A DNA stretch of 63,193 nt, counting the filler, from Octopus bimaculoides (taxonomy: Eukaryota), in assembly GCF_001194135.2 (NCBI RefSeq). It is 7 parts of 6 records of this genome, joined end to end, with 100 filler letters (N's around TTAATTAATTAA, not from the genome) between each part and the next. Parts side by side here need not be neighbours in the genome. Positions count along the whole stretch, not along the records: positions 34,389 to 46,055 come from NC_069002.1; positions 46,156 to 55,129 come from NC_068998.1; 5 more parts are not named here. The stretch is one strand, 5' to 3'. Shown piece after piece: positions 37,500 through 48,871 of the stretch. The notes under the pieces were generated by a model, which was given only the letters and a program-made list of their open reading frames with translations, did not search any database and had not been told where the DNA came from. How positions within the stretch are numbered: the first letter of the stretch is position 1; every line of letters starts with the position of its first letter. The translations under genes were made by a program, and so were the position numbers.

Positions 37500-40400
37500 G
37501 TTCCAAAACATTAGGATCGTGATAATGAAAGGTAGATGTAGAGAAATTGAAGAGATGAGTGGGTGTGTTGTGTGCAAGAGGTAAGATGGAAGGGATCTCC
37601 AACCAAAACTCCTCAAGGGTAGAAGACAGTAGTTCAAACTCTTTTGGATGGACAATGGCAATGACAGGGGTGGAATAGGTATATTGTTAGCTGAGAGATA
37701 GAAAGATAAGGTAATTGAGGTAGTCAAGGTATGTGATAGGATAATTAATTTAAGATTAATCATAGGCATCACAATAGCAACATTTATCTCAGAATATGAA
37801 CCACAGGTAGGATTACCTGAAGAGCAGAAAGGTTATTTTTATGAGATCCATCTGCAGACTACTTCAACAATGAGTGATAGTGACCTCAGTATTGTTGCTG
37901 GTGACTTCAATGGACATGTTAGCCAACACATTAATGGCTTTCGTGATGTACATGGAGGCTATGGTTACAGCACAAGAAATGAGGCAAGTATAAGGGTCCT
38001 GGAGTTTCATGATGCAACTGGTCTAACAATTTGCAACACACTCTTTAAGAAATCAGCCAACCACCTCATCACCTATCAATTTGGCGAACACACCAGTCAG
38101 ATTGATTACATTCTCACCAGGAGTACACCATGCAACCTAGGTTAGTGGCTAGTGACTTCTGTATCAGAGCTAGTTAAACACAGAAAAGAAAAACATGGAG
38201 TAAGTAGGTTTAGAAACTAAAAGATCCAGCAATTGGGAATAAGTTTAGAAAACGTTTGATGCACTGAATGCAGGGAAGTTGATTTAGATACCTGTAGCAT
38301 AGATGACAAATGGGAATTTTTATGAAATAACTTGCTTAGGGCTCTACATGAGATATGTGGCCAAAAGTAATATGGTAGTAGAATGATAAAGTTGATATGG
38401 CATTCAAGGTTAAGAGACAGACTTGGAAAGATTGGAATGATGGTAGTCATAGGAAACCCTACATAATAACTAGAAGAGCATCTAGCCATCAGGTATACTT
38501 GGTTAAAAGTGAGGCAGAAAGGAAGAAATTTGCATGTGTTCTGCAATGTGAGGATCAGAAGTGGGAAATGTTCAGGATTGTGAGAGAGAATGAAGATATC
38601 ATTAATGAGAGGTGAATTTAAGATGATGAAAGCAAACTTGCTACCAAAATGCAGCAAAAGAAGCTGGTGTAGAAGTGCTATTATGAAAGGCTGCTGAATG
38701 CGGAATAGACATGGGATAAACAGCAATTGTCCCTTGCTAACGCAATAGAGGGACCAGCAATTTGAGTGAAAGTAATGTGGTAGGTAAAGTACTGAAGGGA
38801 GAAAGCTACAGGCCCATTGGGAATAGTTGCAGAGAAGCTTAAAATATCTGGAGAAGTAGGAGGGTGTTATATCCAAAGACTGATGTAAAGTATCATCATA
38901 AACTGCTACAAGGGTATAAGTGATGTCTTAGAGAGAAGCAACTTTAGAGGAATCAAACTTTTAGACCAAGTTATGGAGTTCATGGAGGAAGTTATATCTC
39001 AGTTGATCTGTGATAAAGTACACCTGGATGAGATGCAGTTTGGCTTTGTCCCTGGAAGAGGAACTACAGGTGCAATCTTCCTTGTGAGGCAAATGCAGGA
39101 AAAATCCCTGGTTAAGAATAAATTTCTATTCCTGGCTTTGGAGAAGGCATTTGCCGGGATACTGCATTCAGTAATTTGGTGGGCTCTGAGGAAACTAAGT
39201 GTAGATGAAGTGCTTGTGCGAGCAGTTCAAGCTACGCACAAGGATGCTGTAAGGAAAGTGAGAGTTAGCATGGCTTCAATGAAGAATTTAGTCCATCAAA
39301 GTTCAATCCTCAGTCCTGAATAGTTTAAGATTGGCAGTCCATAGGAACTTCCTATATGCTGATGATCTAGTTCTTATAGCTGAACCTATAGGGAAATTAG
39401 AGAAGAAATTTCAGGCATGGAAGCTAAACCTGGAATTGAGGGGCCTTAAGGTTAACCTGGCAAAGAAAGATTTTAGTAAGTGGGAAAGACAACAGGATCC
39501 TGGTTCCTTCTGGGAAATAGCCTTGCTCAGTATGTAGGAAAGCAGTAGGTATAAATTCCGTATGCTGTACTTCATGTAAGCTATGGACATAGGAGAGATG
39601 TAGTGGAATTATTGGCAAACTGTCTAAGAATGTAAACTTTATATGTGGTAGATGCATTAGAGTAGTACATACAAGCACACCTAAAATTGAGTTTCTTAAA
39701 AGCCCAGATGATTCGGTAGTAGTTGATCACTTTTGTTGCCTAAGAAATACAATTAACAAGGGAGGTGGTTGCTCTGAAGTATAGTTGTTAAAGTAAGAAC
39801 TGGTTGGAGAAATTTCAGGGAGTTACTACCACTTTTGATAACAGAGATCTTTTTCCCAAGAGGGAAGAACAGTTTGCATAATGCTTGTGTTAGGACTACA
39901 GCACTGCATTGGTATTGGATGCAGAGGACTTGAGAAGACTGGAAAGAAATGCAGTGAGCATGCTGTGTTGGATGTGCAATGTAAGTGTTCATGAAAGAAT
40001 TAGTACAAAGGTGCTGAGTGAAAAACTGGGTAAAGAAGGGATCAGATGTATTCAAGAAAGAAGCTGGGGATGATATGGACATGTGATGCATTTGGCTGAG
40101 AATAGCTGTATAAAGAAGTACAATGTCCACTCAATGTGACTGGAACTGCAGCAGATGAGCTGACAAAGGACTGGGATCTCTGGCAATATGAGATTGTCAG
40201 AAAGACTTGCCTTCCTCAGCAAAACTGAGTTCTGGAAGTGCTGGGTTCTCAACCTGTTTCAGTGACACTCCCACCTCCTCCTCATACATTATGTCTTTCC
40301 TCTTCCTCCACAGACTACCCAACCATGTCATATTTTATTCCTTCCTACCTCCCCCAGTGACTGTATCATCTTCACCACTGTAGCTGATCACTGCCCCCAC

Positions 40401-40942
40401 TCTTCTGCATTTCACAGCTGATGGTTCTTGTTGAAACAAGAACCATCCACCCTTGAACCATACCCATGTTGGTTGTCTCCCCCCTCCATTCTCCTTCCCA
40501 TACAATCTTACAAGTTTGTACAAGTTTGGGTGCCTTTCTGCTATTATTAGTCTTACAGCTTCTACTGATGATTTTCTCTTTCTCTTCCCACCTTTTCCCC
40601 TACTAGATATGACTAGCCATACAAATCCCTCTGCTGGAATCTCCACTGCTCCCCATCCACCTCATAGTAATCCCTTGGTCCCCTAGCATGAAACTGACCC
40701 CTCCCTACCTACCCCAAAGCTCATTGTCCTGCAAACTACATGATGACGTCAATAGTGCAAGGTGGCATGAAAAATGCATTCAGTCCATGTTGTTAAATGG
40801 TTGTTGTTAGGAAGGATAACCAGTTGTAGACATCATGCCAAATCAGACATTGGAGTTCAATGCAATTCTCGGACACAGTGGATCCTATCAAACTGTACAA
40901 CCCATGCTAACATGGATATCAATTGATGATGATGATGATGAT
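37500..40942 (+). mobile_element. Near-complete but heavily decayed RTE LINE in the TMEM39 intron (sense orientation)
   Basis: APE: IVAGDFNGHV..HGGYGY..RN..TICNTLFKK..HLITY..SQIDYIL; RT: EMQFGFVPGRGTTGAIFLVRQMQEK and FLYADDLVL; 3' tail ttaggaagg..aacccatgctaacatgga + (GAT)n ending at about 40942. Confidence 0.9.
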
Positions 40943-41452
40943 TATGGTTATATATAATACACACACCAGACTTCTTTTAGTTTTTATCTACTAAATCAAC
41001 ATTGGTTGTCTTGAAGTTACTGTAGAAGACACTTGCCTAAGGTGCCATGCAGTGGGACTGAATCTAAAGCCATATGGTTGAGAAGTACATTTCTGAACCA
41101 CATTGTTATACCTTACAAAATTAAAAAGAAAAATAATTGTAGAAATGCATAAGGAATATGCCAGTGTTTAGCAATGATCCATTATTAATCTTTAGGGTAT
41201 TGGATTAGCAGATGAAATACATTACACTAAATAGCTACATTCTTCTATGTTCTGAATTCTAATTCTGCCTTTCATCCTACTTGTGGCATTGATAAAATAA
41301 TTGACTGTGCTACCCTTCAAAGGGATTAACCTTCTACCTGTGTAATTCCTATTAAAATACTGTACCAAAATCTTTGGTTTCAATTATTCTTCGTTTTCTT
41401 TATTCTACAATTGCTTCTTTTCTAATCTTGGATTTTTTTTCTTTTTTGTCAG

Positions 41453-41607
41453 GTTTATGGCTCTAAAAATAAGAAAAGTGTTCTCTACTGGTTTGTTCAG
41501 TTGATCAAATTGGTAATTGTTACAGGAATCCTAGGGACATTCTGTTGGTCTGCCTACCATGTGATAGTTCGCTATTCTTTCGTCAACAGTTTATTTCTGT
41601 GCTATCC
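41453..41607 (+). CDS. TMEM39: TMEM39 internal exon (155 nt, phase 0-2): VYGSKNKKSVLYWFVQLIKLVIVTGILGTFCWSAYHVIVRYSFVNSLFLCY(P)
   Basis: Long polypyrimidine tract + tcag| acceptor; TATCC|gtaagt donor; open frame phase-compatible with both neighbours; hydrophobic segments and LFLCYP match the TMEM39 LFLGYP motif. Confidence 0.92.
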
Positions 41608-41734
41608 GTAAGTATATTTCTTGTGTATCTAGTCAGCTTTAACCATTCCGGTAGTTTATTTTCTCTATTTCATTCTTCCTGACACATCCTCTTTTGTTTT
41701 CTAATATGGCACTATTATCTTTCTCAAATTACAG

Positions 41735-42047
41735 GTTGGCAACCTATCTGATTCTTTTTGGTTTCACATTGAAGCCAATATTCCAGAAAAACCTTCTCTG
41801 GCCATGCCAAGTTGTCGACAAATCTGTATCACCATCATCTTCTCAAAAACACAAGAATTCACAGGATTCGTCTCACATTTCTTCTGAAGACAGTGTTCTC
41901 TCACACACCTGTACTCTCACCCCTGACATAGTACGTGAAGAAGTGGAGTGCTTGAAGCTTGATTTCAACAATCGAGTCAAGCAGGTCTTGTTCAACTCCA
42001 TGTTGACTGCCTACTACATGGCTTTTGTTCCGCTCTGCTTTGCTCAG
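41735..42047 (+). CDS. TMEM39: TMEM39 internal exon (313 nt, phase 2-0) ending [49 protein letters not shown]
   Basis: ttacag|G acceptor completes the CCG (Pro) codon; CAG|gtaaca donor; lies within ORF 41694-42257; C-terminal half closely matches human TMEM39A [49 protein letters not shown] (recalled). Confidence 0.95.
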
Positions 42048-42905
42048 GTAACAAATTTCTCAATATTTTGTAAATTCTCACTCTTTAAAGCACTCGTATT
42101 TTTGTTTTGCTTCTCTTTCATTTTCTCTGTCTTCTGTTTCTTTTCACTCCTCTTTTTCTTTCTCTTCTTTCATTCCTTTTCCCTCTCTCTTCTCTTTCCT
42201 GCCACTCTTCTCCCTATCTTTCTGTCTCAGTTTTCTTCTGATAACATGATGTGTTAATCATAGATATCCAGCTTTTCCATAATGCTACCAAGAAACCTAC
42301 AGGTATTCTTTCATCTGACTGTAGATTAATGTTAAGAAGAAGCATAAACTTGTCATAATCCTCACTTTTTGAGGACAGAACATCTCTTTTACAATCTCTA
42401 TCTCATTTTCTCTATCGTCACTTTAGTTCTCTTCCAGAGAAATAGAAAGCAACAGCTCTCCATTTCTCTGACACATTTGTTCTCTTTTGAGCCCTCTTTT
42501 TGCTTTTCAGAATTTTCTATAACCTTTTGTTTTTTTCTTTACACAAATTATAGTTTTGTTGATTTATTTTTTCACTTTATTTTCAGTAATTATTGATCAG
42601 TTTATTTATTTGTCTTTCAGTTTTTTTTAATTTTTGCTAATTGAATGCTAAAAATCTCATAAAAAATTTCATTTTTATTTTGGGACCACACTCTGTTACA
42701 TAACAAATTATCTATTTTATTTAATTGTAATAAAATATTAAGTTAGAATTTATTTAAAAAAAAAAAAACGCTTGTATCATGATCCATAAACCTGTCAGGG
42801 TGCAAAAATGATGATTGAATGTTGTCTTATGGGTCACCCTTTACATTCAAATGGAATGCCAAGACAACTACACACTGTTTTCTTTTCACAATCCCTTTTT
42901 CTGAA

Positions 42906-42959
<54 letters not shown>

Positions 42960-43702
42960 TGGAAGCGTGACTGTGGTTAAGATGTTCTTTGCTCAACCAT
43001 GTGTTTTCAGGCTCACTTCTCACACATGGCATTGTGGGCCAGTGTCTTAAGTGAATTTGGGAAATGAAAACTGTATGGAACCCTGTCATACAAATATGCA
43101 CATATAGTGTGTACGTGCATGGATAGGTGTGTGTTGGCATTGTTTATGTGCAACTCTGATGTCATTGCTGTGGCAGTGGCAACATTGTTTATGTCTGTTA
43201 TAAAAATATATCTGGATTCTGAATGATTCATTGTGTGAGAGACCTAGGCAATAAGTAATTTACGTGGAAATGAGTAAGAGTTAGCAAAAGGGAGAGCCTG
43301 TAAAATACTTCAGCAGTTTTGTCTGACTGTGCTGGCATGGAAAAGTGGACAGAAAAATGGTGATGATAGGAGTAAAAGCAACATGAAACAAAAGAGAACT
43401 TCATGATTCATTTTCAAAAAAGCTGCTTGGGCCAAAAACATCTTTTCTGTTTCTCCTTCACATTGCAACTAACACCACACAAACGCACCAGGCATACAAA
43501 TGTGCATGTGTGCACACATACACACACATCTGTCTATTCAAAAACATGTACTAATACATAGATGCATACACATATAAAGCATATAGTTTAAGCAAAAACT
43601 TGCAGACATAAAGATACTACAAACAACAGTCAATGAGATCATGCCCCACAATTCAAACAGTAAAACAACTCCCGTTTACCTTCCATTGTTTTTAAGAAGC
43701 AG

Positions 43703-43921
43703 TTTGGGATGTGCTGAAAAGTCCCTGGCTTTAAGGGTTGCGAAAGGCCTGGTTAGAGGCCCAGCCTTCCTAGCTCTTTTGCAGGGCTTAGAAAAACTGA
43801 AGGACCACTGCAGTATGTGTGTGAATCTGAGAGGTGAATATGTTGAATAAAATCATAATTAACTGATACATCCTGTATTTTCTTTTACCCAAAGCCAGGA
43901 ACTTTTCAGCACCTCCTTGTA
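43703..43921 (+). mobile_element. Mariner-derived MITE (internal deletion derivative)
   Basis: TIRs gtgctgaaaagtccctggcttt (43711-43732) / aaagccaggaacttttcagcac (43891-43912), right end ..ccttgTA; retains the transposase C-terminus GLEKLKDHCSMCVNLRGEYVE*. Confidence 0.8.
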
Positions 43922-44289
43922 TGTATTTATGTGTATACACACACAACACATACATAGATATATATAAAGGCACAGGCATTGCTGTGTGGTAAGAAGTTTG
44001 CTTCCCACATGAGTCTGGATTCAATCCTATTGCATGAAACCATGGGCAAGTGTCTTCTGCTTTAACCCCAGGCTGACCAATACCTTGTGAGTAGATTTGG
44101 TAGGCAAAAACTTAAAGAACTTGTGTGTGTGCATCTGTGTTACTATCTCCTTGCATTGACTTCAAGTGATAGCTGTAAACTAAGTTCACCTTTCTGTAAG
44201 GGGGGTGGGGCATAAAGTCACACACCATCTTGCAAAATGTGAAATTGCTATTTTCACAACTGCTGAAAATATTATTCATTGGATGGAGG

Positions 44290-44760
44290 CAAATAATCAA
44301 CAAGGTGGGAATAAGGTAATGGTGTGGTGAGGGATTTGGCATAATCAGGTAATTGAACAATTTAATTTTGAGGGCTCTGACAGGTGATCCATATCTGGAC
44401 ATGCTTTGCAACAAGGTGATGTCTCACGTGCATTCTCTTGGAAGCGGAAATCCATTCTGCTTTCAGCAGGATGGGGTTTGCCCCATTATGCATTGCAGGT
44501 TCATGATTTTCGAAATGAACATTTTTCTAGGAACACGGCTCAAGCAATGCAGGCCAATTGAATGGGCACCATGGCCACCAGATTTAACTCCCATGGACTT
44601 TTTCTTCTGAGGCTAAATTAAAGCCCTTGTGTATTCTGAAAAGATTCATGATCAAGTACACCTTCAAACAATTGTAGAAGTGTGTGAACAAGTCACTGGC
44701 AATAAAAAGTTATATCAGAGGGTTCATTGCAGTTTCACATACCGTATAAACACTTATTAA
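44290..44760 (+). mobile_element. Tc1/mariner DD37D (maT/rosa-like) transposase remnant
   Basis: FQQDGVCP..IEWAPWPPDLTPMDFFF*G*IKALVY matches FQQDGAPPH...WPPRSPDLTPLDFFLWGYLK. Confidence 0.8.
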
Positions 44761-45469
44761 GAGCTCTATGACACATTTATTATAATGGATAACCAACTTC
44801 ATTGCTAATAAAGCATATTTCATATCTCTCATGGTGAGTCACTTTCTGGCCATCCTGTGTACATATATATATATATATGTATGTATGTATGTATGGATAT
44901 GTGTATATATATATATATATTTATGTATATATGGATATATATATTTATGTATATATGGATATATATATTTATGTATATATATGGATATGTATGTATATAT
45001 ATGGATATGTATGTATGTATATATAGAGATATAGATATATATATATGTATATTTGGANNNNNNNNNNNNNNNNNNNNNNNNNNNNNNNNNNNNNNNNNNN
45101 NNNNNNNNNNNNNNNNNNNNNNNNNNNNNNNNNNNNNNNNNNNNNNNNNNNNNNNNNNNNNNNNNNNNNNNNNNNNNNNNNNNNNNNNNNNNNNNNNNNN
45201 NNNNNNNNNNNNNNNNNNNNNNNNNNNNNNNNNNNNNNNNNNNNNNNNNNNNNNNNNNNNNNNNNNNNNNNNNNNNNNNNNNNNNNNNNNNNNNNNNNNN
45301 NNNNNNNNNNATATATATATTTATGTATATATGGATATATATATATATATAGATAGATAGATATATGTATGTATATATGAATATATATATATATATGTAT
45401 ATATAGATATGTATATATGTATGGATGTATGTATGTATGGATATATATGCATATGTACGCATAAGTGGG

Positions 45470-46055
45470 TTGGCTACACCCCTGGCAGAGGCCTTGGATT
45501 TAGGTCTCACTTGGCTTGCCGGGTCTTCTCACGCACAGCATATTTCCAAAGGTCTCGGTCACAAGTCATTGCCTCGGTGAGGCCTAATGTTCGAAGGTCA
45601 TGCTTCACCACCTCATCCCAGGTCTTCCTGGGCCTACCTCTTCCACAGGTTTCCTCAACTGCTAGGGTGTGGCACTTTTTCACACAGTTATCCTCACCTA
45701 TTCTCGCCACATGACCATACCATCGCAATCATTTCTCTTGCACACCACAACTGATGCTTCTTAAGTTCAACTTTTCTCTCAAGGTACTTACACTGTCTAG
45801 TATGCACACTGACATTACACATCCATCGGAGCATACTGGCTTCATTCTTTGTGAGCCTACGCATGTCCTCGGCAGTCACGGCCCATGTTTCACTGCCATG
45901 TAGCATGGCTGTTCGTACACGTGCCATACAGTCTGCCTTTTACTCTGAGTGAGAGGCCCTTTGTTGCCAGCAGAGGTAAGAGCTCTCTGAACTTTGCCCA
46001 GGCTATTCTTATTCTAGCAACTACACTTTCAGCGCACCCTCCCCCACTACTAACT
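45470..46055 (-). mobile_element. RTE LINE 3' ORF fragment (better preserved copy)
   Basis: RVRTAMLHGSETWAVTAEDMRRL..EASMLRWMC and RWYGHVAR..GRGRPRKTWDEVVKHDL; truncated by a gap. Confidence 0.9.
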
Positions 46056-46155
46056 NNNNNNNNNNNNNNNNNNNNNNNNNNNNNNNNNNNNNNNNNNNNT
46101 TAATTAATTAANNNNNNNNNNNNNNNNNNNNNNNNNNNNNNNNNNNNNNNNNNNN

Positions 46156-46198
<43 letters not shown>

Positions 46199-46701
46199 CC
46201 ACTGGTGATGGTGAGTTCCCACGAAGTATGATGTAGTCAACTCCCGGATGAAGTCAATTTCACATCACATTTTAAGTTCAAAATCACGAGCTAATCGACT
46301 CCATTTTCACCTCTTCATGGTCGATCAACTAATTAGCCATGTAATTATGATATCAATTAACAGTGGAGCTCATTATCCTAAATGTATGACCTTCTGCAAA
46401 TGTTAGAAATCATTGGTGGTTTGATAGATTCGTTAGACCATCAGACAACATGTCGCTCAGTATTTAGTTACGGCTTAATCACACACTCTTGCTTTTCAAA
46501 TTGCTGATGATAGAAACTGAAAGTTACATATTACATTGTGAACAAGTATGTCTATCGGCAAAAACTCAATTATATAATGGTGTAAGTTTGAAGATCGGAC
46601 TATAATTACCGATACAGTATCAATATAGCGTGACCTTACACACACACACACACACACACACATACATATATTTATACACACACACATACACACACACACA
46701 T

Positions 46702-46752
<51 letters not shown>

Positions 46753-46784
46753 TACCCATATATATGTATAAATATATATATACA

Positions 46785-46817
<33 letters not shown>

Positions 46818-47091
46818 TTAGAAAGAGAGAGTGAGAGAGAGAGAGTGAGAGAGAGAGTGAGAGAGAGAGAGAGAGAGTGAGAGAGAGTGAGAGAGAGAGA
46901 GAGTGAGAGAGAGTGAGAGAGAGACAGTGAAATTAGTCATGCGTGGGGTGGAGTTTTCTTTTTGGTAGTTGGGGATGAATATCAAAATATCAAAGCAACC
47001 GATTTCATTATTAACTAATATTTCTTCTGGATAATGATGATTGTCATCATCATCTTCTTCATGGCCATAGCCAGGTTCGAAATTTCCCCAA

Positions 47092-47137
47092 GACACCTGA
47101 TGAAGGCTGGAGGGTATATCAGCCGAAACGTTGTGTT
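47092..47137 (+). ncRNA. Minimal type I hammerhead ribozyme motif in a PLE pLTR-like remnant
   Basis: GACAC-CTGATGA-A-GGCTG(gagggtatat)CAGCC-GAAA-C-GT-T|GTGTT. Stem I is 5 bp (one G-U), stem II 5 bp, core intact, stem III palindromic (AACGTT); AATAAA follows. Confidence 0.7.
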
Positions 47138-47850
47138 AACAATAAACAAGATGAGGACAAATATCCGTCAATTGTAAATAATGTAAATAATGTACATAAT
47201 TCCTCATTTCTTAAATATAGAACTGTAGTACTTATTTCATCGATTCTGAAAGGATGAAAAGCAAAGTCGACCCCGGCGGAGTTTGAATTCAGAACGATAA
47301 GACGGACGAAATGCCGCTAAGCATTTTTCCCGGCGTGCTAACCATTCTGCCAGCTCGCCGCCTTAAATTTAAAATGAAAATATTGCTGGTTTACTTGCTT
47401 ATAATATTATACACGCATCCACAGGGTGGTGAGTCGGTAGAATCGTTAGCACGCCGGGCAAAATGGTTAAAAGCATTTCGTTCTTTTTATGCGTTCTGAG
47501 TTCAAATTCCACCGAAGTCAGCTTTGTCTTTAATCCATTTGGCGTCGATAAAATCTACACCAGTTGAGCACTGGTGCTTATTTTATCGACTTACATCCTT
47601 CCCCGAAGATGGTGGCCTTGTGCCGAAATTTGAAACGCTCACAGACACATGAACGCACAAAGACCTACATTGGCACATATACTCACACATACATATACTC
47701 ACACAGATAAAGTACAGCTGTAATGAATCTAATTTTTAATTATTGCTATTGAGTGTACCACAGGGAGCAAAACAATACCTTTGGCTCCAATTTAACCACA
47801 GGAGCTACATTGTACATAGCACACGCGCACACATATGTACTTACGTTTAC

Positions 47851-47902
<52 letters not shown>

Positions 47903-48302
47903 ACAAGGACACAAATGCATACATACGCACGCACGCACGCACATTTTCCCTTCAGAAACACACACACACACACNNNNNNNNNNNNNNNNNNNNNNNNNNN
48001 NNNNNNNNNNNNNNNNNNNNNNNNNNNNNNNNNNNNNNNNNNNNNNNNNNNNNNNNNNNNNNNNNNNNNNNNNNNNNNNNNNNNNNNNNNNNNNNNNNNN
48101 NNNNNNNNNNNNNNNNNNNNNNNNNNNNNNNNNNNNNNNNNNNNNNNNNNNNNNNNNNNNNNNNNNNNNNNNNNNNNNNNNNNNAGTATTTATATAATAT
48201 TACATACATAACTTCTCGCACGTATGTTTGTGTGTTTGTTTGTTTGTTTGTGCGTGCGTGCGTGTGTGTGTGTGTGTGTGCGTGTGTGCCTGTGTCTAAA
48301 GA

Positions 48303-48353
<51 letters not shown>

Positions 48354-48840
48354 ACATTCATAAATAGGCGGGATTAGAAAATAATGACTATTCAATATTT
48401 TAATACGGATACATCTTACAATATTTAGTTGTTGCTGTGGTTGTTGTTGTTGTTGTTTAGTCCCAGTCAAACCTGATTAAGCAGACCTAATATCAAAGGC
48501 ATTCTAGCAACCGCCATCTCTTAATTTTCCTATGCTCAAGGCACTCAGGATCAGGTTATCCAATATGAGTCCTTTCATAAGACGATGCAGTGTGATCCCA
48601 GGGGCATCTGACTGATATTTCTAGTATGTTAAACGACCACGTAGAGGCCTTTTTGTTGGCTTGTGTAAAGCTGCAGCTTAGGTCTTTGGTGAGATACACT
48701 TGCTGACATTAATGTCTTTAACCGGAACATAGGAACTTACCTCTGTAGATGTATTTTATATACAAGATATAAGACCTGTTATTTTGTTTTCGATGGTGAT
48801 AACTGAACGGTCATCAACATGAAGATCATCATAATTCCCG

Positions 48841-48871
<31 letters not shown>

